Of a stretch of 64,000 nucleotides of DNA, positions 55,807-64,000 are shown in pieces. Numbering within the stretch: position 1 is the stretch's first letter; every line of letters begins with the position of its first letter. Source of the DNA: an uncultured virus (IMG/VR IMGVR_UViG_2931768940_000002) (lineage: Duplodnaviria > Heunggongvirae > Uroviricota > Caudoviricetes); the IMG/VR virus record IMGVR_UViG_2931768940_000002; one strand, given 5' to 3'. A model generated the notes under the pieces. It was given only the letters and a program-made list of their open reading frames with translations. It was not told where the DNA came from and did no database searches. A program made the position numbers and the translations under genes.

Positions 55807-55942
55807 GAGGGGGCCGCCTCTTGGGTCAGATTGACCAGATGCTCACATGATATTCACCAACTCGGACCGTGGTGGCCGGATGTCAGGAAAGATCCACCCT
55901 CAAGACTTTTACTGCTGAGTAACAGGACATTCGGCTTGGGCC

Positions 55943-55993
55943 CGCGCACGGAGAGCCCCGCCCCATCAGGGCCGGGACTCTCTGCCGTGCGGG
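55943..55993. terminator. Hairpin separating the early operon from the helicase island
   Basis: CGCACGG-AGAG-CCCCG...CGGGACTCT-CCGTGCG imperfect inverted repeat. Confidence 0.5.
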
Positions 55994-56623
55994 TTAGGAG
56001 GCTGCTGACGGATGGCACGGGCAACTGCACGGCTTCCCGGTGAACGTGTTGTTGAGCCGGCACTGCTGGTGCATCCGGTCCCGCCACCTGGGGAGGTTGT
56101 CGTGCTCCGGGTTTCGGATGATCGCCCCGTCGATGAGGCGTGCAGTTTCGCAGGCGGTCGACAGGTACGTGCGATGGGCGAGGAGTTCCAGGACGTCGGC
56201 GGGGAGCTGCTCGGGGGTGGAGCCGGGCGAGTTGCTGGTCTTTTGCACTCCAGGGCACTGCCTCGAGGCCCGGCCGCGCATGAACTTGTGGGCAGGGTGC
56301 GGCTTCTCCCGCCCGCACGGCTGGGTGGACCAGGCGTCGGCCGGAACGCTGCTGTACCCCTCGCAGTACACGCGCTTCATGCCCGGCTGGGGCTCCCAGG
56401 AGTGGCCCGGGTGGGCTTGGCGGCAGTACGCCAGGCTGCACTGGAGAAGCTGCTGGTGGAGTTCGGGGTGGGCGCAGCAGGTATCAAATCCGCCGTGGCA
56501 GTCGGACTCGGTGTCGCCTGCGGTTGGGCAGTAGTAGACGGTGGCGCCGGGCCTGCAGACGTGGTTGTCCGGCGCGTCGCCGCTGGCCACCGGGTTGTCT
56601 GGGGTTGTCCGGGCGTTGTTCAC
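55994..56623 (-). CDS. Cys/His-rich hypothetical protein
   Basis: Many C/H clusters; YLSTAC...CSCPCH. Confidence 0.55.
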   Translation of the reverse strand: MNNARTTPDNPVASGDAPDNHVCRPGATVYYCPTAGDTESDCHGGFDTCCAHPELHQQLLQCSLAYCRQAHPGHSWEPQPGMKRVYCEGYSSVPADAWSTQPCGREKPHPAHKFMRGRASRQCPGVQKTSNSPGSTPEQLPADVLELLAHRTYLSTACETARLIDGAIIRNPEHDNLPRWRDRMHQQCRLNNTFTGKPCSCPCHPSAAS

Positions 56624-56907
56624 GCTCCGGCTCCGATCGCAGCCAGGTCGAGTGCGGGCCGCGGTACGTCGTCGGCGAGGCGGGCGACGGTGGCCTCGTC
56701 GACGGCCAGCTGGTGCCCGCACGGGGTCAGGGCGATGGTGTGGGTGAGGACGGCCAGGCCTGCGGTGGTGAGCTCGGCGCCGGTCACCTCTCCCCCGCAG
56801 GCGTAGCAGGGCGGGTAGTCGTCGAGCGGGGCACCGGCCTGGTGCTGGCGAAGGCGGGCGGCCTCGACCAGGGCGTAGGCGAGGACCTGGGCGTAGGTAG
56901 GAATCAT
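56620..56907 (-). CDS. Hypothetical protein
   Basis: CYAC...PCGH; coupled overlaps. Confidence 0.5.
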   Translation of the reverse strand: MIPTYAQVLAYALVEAARLRQHQAGAPLDDYPPCYACGGEVTGAELTTAGLAVLTHTIALTPCGHQLAVDEATVARLADDVPRPALDLAAIGAGA

Positions 56908-57302
56908 CGCTGCTGCTCCAGGGAGTGAGCTCGGTCGGCCGCGGCCTCGAGGAGGTGGGCGAGTTGCTGTTCGGTGTGGGTAGCTGCCCATCCCGCGACG
57001 ACCTGGTGCGCATGGCCGACGCGCTGCGAGAACTGGGTGGCGCCCCAGCTGGCATTAGGCCAGCCCTGATCGGTGACCTCGGGGTCGACTAGACCGCCGA
57101 GGACGATGAGGGCGACGCCTTCCGCGATGGCGTGCTCGGGGGTAATCACGGCGGCGAAGTCCTCGAACATGGTGGCGCCGAACAGGCTGCGTCGCAGGGC
57201 GCCAAACGGGCCCTGGCCGGCGTAGGCGGCGGCTTCACGGAGGCTTCGGGAGATCGTGGGGGCAGTGGGGAGCTCGGCAAGCTCCGTGGCGGACATGCTC
57301 AC
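56904..57302 (-). CDS. Hypothetical protein
   Basis: Coupled overlaps with neighbours. Confidence 0.5.
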   Translation of the reverse strand: MSMSATELAELPTAPTISRSLREAAAYAGQGPFGALRRSLFGATMFEDFAAVITPEHAIAEGVALIVLGGLVDPEVTDQGWPNASWGATQFSQRVGHAHQVVAGWAATHTEQQLAHLLEAAADRAHSLEQQR

Positions 57303-57729
57303 TTCTTCCTCCTGGCGAGTGCTCGTCGGGTGGCCCTGTTGGGGCGGGGGTCGGGGGCGTCGTCGGCTATGAGGCGCTCCCCGGTGGTTCCAAGGGTGGT
57401 TTCCCAGCGGGTGCCGGGGCGGCCGTTGTGTTCGCCGCGGGGGCTGCTCGATGGTCTAGTCACGACCGGCCTCCGTTGCGTCCGGCCCGGGGCCGCCCGG
57501 TGGTGTCGAGGTGGCCGTCGGCGGTGGCGAGCATGCGGAGGGCGCGCTCGAGGACGTGGGCGGGCTGCTGCCCGGGGTAGCAGCGGCGGAGGACGCCCGC
57601 GGTCCAGGCGGTGGCGGCCAGGCACATCGGGCGGTTGAGAGGGGCGCTCATGGTGAGCCTCTTTCGACGGGGCGGGTACAGGAAGTTGCCGGGCGGCCGG
57701 CGGCGCAGGGCCGCCGGCCGCGGGGCGGG

Positions 57730-58125
57730 TCAGACCGTGTCGGGGTCGACGCTGGGGTGCGTGAACGTGATCGGCTTGCCCAACCTGCGGGCGTAGGCGA
57801 TCTCGCTGCGGGTGCTGTCACCGATGTAGTCACCGACGACGATCACCCGGTTGGCGAGGCGGATCTTCTGCTCGTGCTGCTGTGCGAGACGGGCCGCCAG
57901 GGCTTCGGCGTCAGCCGGATCAGCCCACAAGGGGTGCGGCAGCTTCAGGTTGCACTGGGGCTTGAGGACCAAGGCGCCGGCCATGGCCTCCTGCTCGACC
58001 GCGACTTCCGCCATCAGGTCAGCGAACCGCAGTGATCCGCAGAGGACGACGACGTCCTTGATGCCGAGGTCGGCTTTCGCTTCGGTGAGCTTCTCCATCG
58101 TGCTCGAGGGTGTGGGGTACGGCAT
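57730..58125 (-). CDS. Nucleoside deoxyribosyltransferase-like (flavodoxin-fold) protein
   Basis: VVLCGSLRF...H.QKIRLA...YIGDSTRSEIAYA...GKPI. Confidence 0.65.
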   Translation of the reverse strand: MPYPTPSSTMEKLTEAKADLGIKDVVVLCGSLRFADLMAEVAVEQEAMAGALVLKPQCNLKLPHPLWADPADAEALAARLAQQHEQKIRLANRVIVVGDYIGDSTRSEIAYARRLGKPITFTHPSVDPDTV

Positions 58126-58198
58126 GTGGATCTCCTTCGGGTTGTGTGATGTGGTGTCAGCACGCCCGCCCGGATAAGCCCCGGGCGGGCGGCCTGGT

Positions 58199-58660
58199 TC
58201 ACGGGGTGGGCTGGTGGGTGGGCTGCCCGGCGGTGAGCTCGGCGACCCGCTGCTCCAGCTCCCTGACGTGCTCGTCGCGGACGCCGAGGATCAGGTTGGC
58301 GATGTGGTCGGCGGTGTGCCGGAGGTCGGGGTACGCGTCGGTGAGGGCGGCTACGTGCCGGGCGTGCAGGGGACGCCGGTCCACCTCGGGGGCGGAGGCC
58401 TCCAACTCCCGGACGCGGGCCTCAGCCGTGGCACGGTGCTTCTGCTCGTACTTCCATGCCTGCCGGTAGGACTCGCGCTCGCCGCAGATGGTGCGGAAGT
58501 GTCGGGCCTGCTGCTCGGCGTCAAGCTCGGCCTGCTCGATGGCGGCCTCTCGCTCTCCGACGAGCGTGGCGAGGGCTTCCCCTTCGTCGGGGAGGATGAC
58601 GCCGCGCCTTGCCCGGTCGAGGAGGTGGTGGAGGCGGTCGGGCTCGGGCTGGGTGGTCAC
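58199..58660 (-). CDS. Hypothetical coiled-coil protein
   Basis: GTGA coupling; RVRELE repeats. Confidence 0.5.
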   Translation of the reverse strand: MTTQPEPDRLHHLLDRARRGVILPDEGEALATLVGEREAAIEQAELDAEQQARHFRTICGERESYRQAWKYEQKHRATAEARVRELEASAPEVDRRPLHARHVAALTDAYPDLRHTADHIANLILGVRDEHVRELEQRVAELTAGQPTHQPTP

Positions 58661-58938
58661 CGGGCCCCCTCGGCTCGGCGCTGCATCGCGGCGCGCTCGA
58701 TCTCGCACCACCGGTCGGGGTCGAAGCCCCACCTGCTGGCGTCCCATTCGGTGGCCTGGTCGCGGATGCTGAGCCACTCGTCGAGGAGTTCGTTGCGGCG
58801 GTCGGGGTCGGTGGTGGCGGCGAGGGCGTCCGCGATGCGCTGAAACGCCTTGGGGTGAGCGGGCACGTCGTTGTGTTCCTTCCGGGTGGGGTGGCCGCCC
58901 CGGGGTGGGGCGGCCACGAGACGGGGTGGGCGCGAGGG

Positions 58939-59415
58939 TCAGGCGGCAGGGACGATCCTCGGGATCGGCCCGGTGGTGACGGTGGTGGTGCGCCAGGTGA
59001 TGCGGTGCTCGCACTCCGGGTGCTTGGCCTGCTTCACGAAGAGCTGCTGCTGGATGTACGCCGGGTCGGGCGAGGAACTGCTGCCCTGCACCCACGTCCC
59101 GTCGGGCTGCTGGACCTCGATGAGGTACTCCAGCGTGCTGGTGGTGGTCTGCTCGTCGATGGCGCCGATGGCCGGGTACAGGTCGGGGGCTGCGAGGCAG
59201 GCGTCGACGACGAGGTGGAGTACGGCGGCGTCCTTTGGGTGGTCCTCGTCGCGCGGGTGTCGGCGGCCGTGGACGTAGCCCATGACGGCGGCTTCGCGGA
59301 TCAGGGTGCGCTCGCGGTCGGTGAGGTTGCCGAGGAACTTGGTGACGGCGTCGGCACGTTCTGCGCTCCGCTGGACGAAGTAGTCAACGAGTGCGTCGGG
59401 CAGGGGCTGGGCCAT
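58939..59415 (-). CDS. Hypothetical protein
   Basis: AAGGAG ribosome-binding site; LIREAAVMGYV. Confidence 0.55.
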   Translation of the reverse strand: MAQPLPDALVDYFVQRSAERADAVTKFLGNLTDRERTLIREAAVMGYVHGRRHPRDEDHPKDAAVLHLVVDACLAAPDLYPAIGAIDEQTTTSTLEYLIEVQQPDGTWVQGSSSSPDPAYIQQQLFVKQAKHPECEHRITWRTTTVTTGPIPRIVPAA

Positions 59416-60053
59416 CGGGTGCTCCTTCGGTCGTGGTGCGGCTGGTTGCGGTGTGCTGTGTGCCTGTGTCCGGGCCTGTGCCGTCCGTGGTGGAGCAGGA
59501 GTGCGGCTGTGGTCCCGAGGGCGGTGCACAGGGCCACGTGCAGGACGGCATGCGCAGGGGTCACGAGGCGGGGGTGGGCCAGGCTTGGCGGCATCCGTTG
59601 CTGCGGCAGCGAAGCCGGGCCGGGGCGTCGGTGGGCCGCCAGGGGTTCGTGTGGTCTAGGACGGACCGGCCGCAGCGCGACATGGTGCCGCCGTAGCCGG
59701 GGCTGCCTGCCATGTGCAGGACGGTGGCGGCGTGGACGTTGGGGCGGGAGTACCAGGACGCGTCACGGCTCGCGGCCCACGGCTCGGTGTCCGGCTGCTG
59801 TGTCACTTCGGCTCCTCGGTGGCGTGCAGCGCTGCGGCAAGTCGGGTGTACGCCTCCGCCTGGCGGGCGTTCAGGTCGCGGAGGGTTCGGCAGGCCGCCC
59901 GGAGCCCGGCAATGTGCTGCTCGCGGCGGGCGTCCAGCCAGTCGAGGATGTCCTCGGTGCCGAAGTGGGCGATCTGGTCGACCGTGAGGGTCAGCAGCCA
60001 GGCGGTACGGGCCTCGCGCTCGTCCTCTTCGCTGATCTCGGCTACCTGCGTGC

Positions 60054-60953
60054 TCACGGGGTCGGCTCCTCGGTCACGGCGGGGGCGGCCGGGTGCGGCG
60101 CGTGGTGCGGGCAGTCCAGGCCCCGTTCCCATCCGCTGATCTGGTCGACGGTGTCTCCGGGGCCGAGGAGCCGGGGAGTGCCGCCCTGTCGGGTCCAGGG
60201 GATGCAGGTGCAATCCGGCGAGCCGAACGCCGTCTCGGTCTCGGCGGGGGCGGGCTGCTGCGCCTCGGCGGCAACCCCGTCGGCCACGTCGCGGAGCTCG
60301 GCAGCGGCGGCGCGCACAGCCTGGTCCCAGACCTCGTCGCGCTCGCTGGCTGCCGGGGCGACGGAGTGGATAAGCGCCTGCTCGATGAGGTCTGCGCCCT
60401 CGCGCAGGGTCGTGGCCCGGCGCCCGTCCTGTTTCGCGAGCACAGCGCGGTGCAGGTGGGCGATCATCTCCCGGGCCGCCTCGGGCACCAGGTAGTCACC
60501 GCAGTCGCATACCTGGCAGTCGTCCTCGAAGTGCTGCGCCTCGGTGTGCCCGCAGATGCAGACCGGGGCGGGCGCCTCGGTCTCCGGCTGCCCGGTGGTG
60601 GTGCCGAGAACCCGGCGGGCCACCGCGAGGGCGTGCTGCGCGTCCTCGGGCATCGGCCCGTGCTCGGCCAGGTCCACGCCGGTCCAGCTCTCCAGCCAGG
60701 CAGCGACGGCGAGGCCGGTGGCCGGGCCGACAAGCGCGAGGTATGCGTTCACCCGCTCAAGGCGGGTGGCGTAGGTCTCGATGAGGACAGAGGGCTGCTC
60801 CTGGTCGTCGACGACGACGGGGCTCTTGCTGCCGAGCGTGTGGCCGGTAGACCAGGTGGTGCGGCCCTCGTGGATCGCGGCGGTTGCCCGGTCACGCAGC
60901 AGGCTCGCGGCCTCCCGGAGCAGGGCGGCAGGGTTGGTGGGTGTGGGTGACAT
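60054..60953 (-). CDS. Mosaic hypothetical phage protein
   Basis: GGAGG ribosome-binding site; CICGH...C motif. Confidence 0.5.
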   Translation of the reverse strand: MSPTPTNPAALLREAASLLRDRATAAIHEGRTTWSTGHTLGSKSPVVVDDQEQPSVLIETYATRLERVNAYLALVGPATGLAVAAWLESWTGVDLAEHGPMPEDAQHALAVARRVLGTTTGQPETEAPAPVCICGHTEAQHFEDDCQVCDCGDYLVPEAAREMIAHLHRAVLAKQDGRRATTLREGADLIEQALIHSVAPAASERDEVWDQAVRAAAAELRDVADGVAAEAQQPAPAETETAFGSPDCTCIPWTRQGGTPRLLGPGDTVDQISGWERGLDCPHHAPHPAAPAVTEEPTP

Positions 60954-61030
60954 GGGGCCCTCCAGGGCGGGGTGCGTGGGTAGGGTGGTGGGGCGCCCGC
61001 CGGTCTCGACCCGGCGGGCGCACTGCGTGG

Positions 61031-61468
61031 TCACGCGGCGTCGTCGCGCTTCCACTGCTCCTCGCGCTCACGGAGCTGGAGGTTGAGCTCGGCCGCGCCT
61101 TCGTGGTCCCGGTCCTGCTCTGCCTGTGCGGCCAGTGCCGAGTACGACTGGCGGATCTCGTTGCGCCGCACCTCGGGGTCGGGGTGCTTCGCGACCCACG
61201 CGCGGACTGCCTGCTCGATCTCCAGCAGAGCGGCGTTCCCGCGGGCCTGCGCGGCGTCGTTCTCCGGGCTGTCGGTGAGGGTCTGGGATGCGCGGCGGAC
61301 GGCGCGGTTGTAGCAGGCGGACGGCTTCTCGATGTCGCGCATGAGGGCCATCAGGTCGAGGATTCGGGGGCTGGTCACGGTGTGCTCCTTCAGGTCGAGT
61401 TGTCCGGGGATGGGCGGGGTGGGTGGGGTGTCGAGGAGACGGCGGGTGTGGTCCAGGGCGGGGGTCAC
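61031..61468 (-). CDS. Hypothetical protein
   Basis: Co-oriented; start uncertain. Confidence 0.45.
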   Translation of the reverse strand: MTPALDHTRRLLDTPPTPPIPGQLDLKEHTVTSPRILDLMALMRDIEKPSACYNRAVRRASQTLTDSPENDAAQARGNAALLEIEQAVRAWVAKHPDPEVRRNEIRQSYSALAAQAEQDRDHEGAAELNLQLREREEQWKRDDAA

Positions 61469-61789
61469 GCGGGCTCCGTTCCGTGAGGGGCTGTACGGCT
61501 CTCTGCGGGCCTGGGGAGCCTTCCGGGTTCCCGGGCCCCGCCTGAGGGGCTGTTAGCCCCACACGCGGCCACAGAGGCGGCACGGGCGCGCACACCCCAA
61601 CGACCGGTCCCCCGGACGACGGCAGGCAATAGGCGCATCACGCCGCCTCCCCGTAGAACCGAACGTCCCGGTTCGTCGACCACACGTGGCCGCACCGGTC
61701 GCACCGGTACAGGTGGCTGACCTCGGTGCCGGAGTCGTGCTCGGCGGCCGGCTGGACGTTCTCCCGCGGGCAGCGGGGGCAGTTGTCGT

Positions 61790-62019
61790 TCACGGGGTTC
61801 CTCCGTTCTGGCAGTCGGTGCACGGCGGCGGTGTCGGCCCGGTGGCCGCGGTCCCGCACGGCCAGGCCCCGGGGCGGCGGATGTGGTAGCAGGGCTTCTC
61901 GGGCTCGGCTTGTCGCTGCTTCGGTGCGGTCGGCGTGACGCCGGCGGCCATGAGCAGCAGCGCGGCCAGGTCGCCCTGCTCGCGGGCGGCGACGATGTCC
62001 TCGACGGACGGCTCCCAGC

Positions 62020-62023
<4 letters not shown>
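61790..62023 (-). CDS. Small hypothetical protein after DnaB
   Basis: ATGA overlap; RPGAWP.G motif. Confidence 0.5.
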
Positions 62024-63386
<1,363 letters not shown>

Positions 63387-63390
<4 letters not shown>

Positions 63391-64000
63391 GCGGCGACAC
63401 CGCCCTTGCGCCGGTCGTCGCCCTCGAGGAGGAGAACCCCGCCGCGGCACATCTCGCCGAGCCGGGAGGAGACCCGGTCGCCGACGATGTGGCTGATCTG
63501 GCCGGGCAGCACGTCGCAGGTAATGAGCACGGGCCGGCGGTTGATGTACCGCTCGTCGAAGATTTCGTAGAGGCGTTCCTGGGTCCATCCGGTCGGGGAG
63601 ACGCGGGCGGCGGCCAGGTCGTCGACGTACAGGAGGTCGGCTCGCTGGAGGGTGCCGGTCAGGGCCTTGGCGTCGTAGTCGCGGTTGTCGGGCCGCAGGG
63701 CGTCGAACAAGGCGGTGGACCTCCAGGTCTCGATGGACGGCACGCGGCCGAAGCGGTCGACGGTGGTAGACAGCCACTGACGGGAGGCCTGCCAGGCGGT
63801 GTGCGTCTTGCCGACGCCGATCGGGCCGGTGAGGAAGAGGCTGGGCGGGGCGTCGTCCCGGCGGCGGGACCAGTCATCGGCCTCGGGGTGGATGCGGATG
63901 GCGCCGCGGTAGATGGCAGGGGTCCGCTCGAGGTGGCCGCTGACCGCGGCGTCGCGGCGTTCGCGGAGCACCGACTGGCGCGGGTCGGGGATGTCATCCG
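63387..64000 (-). CDS. DnaC/IstB-like AAA+ helicase loader (5' truncated by the window)
   Basis: GPIGVGKT, YVDDL, ERY..RRPVLITC, DRV.SRL. Confidence 0.85.

Overview
High-GC actinobacterial (Streptomyces-like) temperate siphophage region, almost all transcribed on the minus strand. From right to left: DnaC-like ATPase and DnaB helicase (62-64 kb); many small early genes; an AT-richer HNH-SF2 helicase plus partner island (53.3-55.8 kb); a Streptomyces plasmid/AICE-type conjugation-like module (44.4-53.3 kb: Nudix pair, small repressor with operators, SpdB-like membrane protein, TraB/FtsK-like translocase followed by a 7+7 helically phased inverted repeat array); an accessory block with a GIY-YIG protein, a small alarmone hydrolase-like HD protein and a Thg1-like 3'-5' polymerase; packaging genes (HNH, putative cos region, TerS, TerL, portal); head genes with a glycosyltransferase straight after the capsid gene; tail genes (including a GGGAAAG -1 frameshift chaperone and a tape measure protein with an NlpC/P60 domain); lysis genes; a Y RNA pair plus Ro60/TROVE operon; and a serine resolvase with res-like repeats. 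No integrase, attachment site or CI-type repressor is visible in the window. The best candidates for an unusual system are (i) an apparently complete virion gene set carrying its own TraB/clt-like transfer module (a possible conjugative phage-plasmid) and (ii) an RNA-repair/decoy set of Ro60, two Y RNAs (one a circularly permuted tRNA mimic keeping a Ser-GCU-like anticodon loop) and Thg1. All calls come from reading motifs and synteny by eye; no database searches were run.
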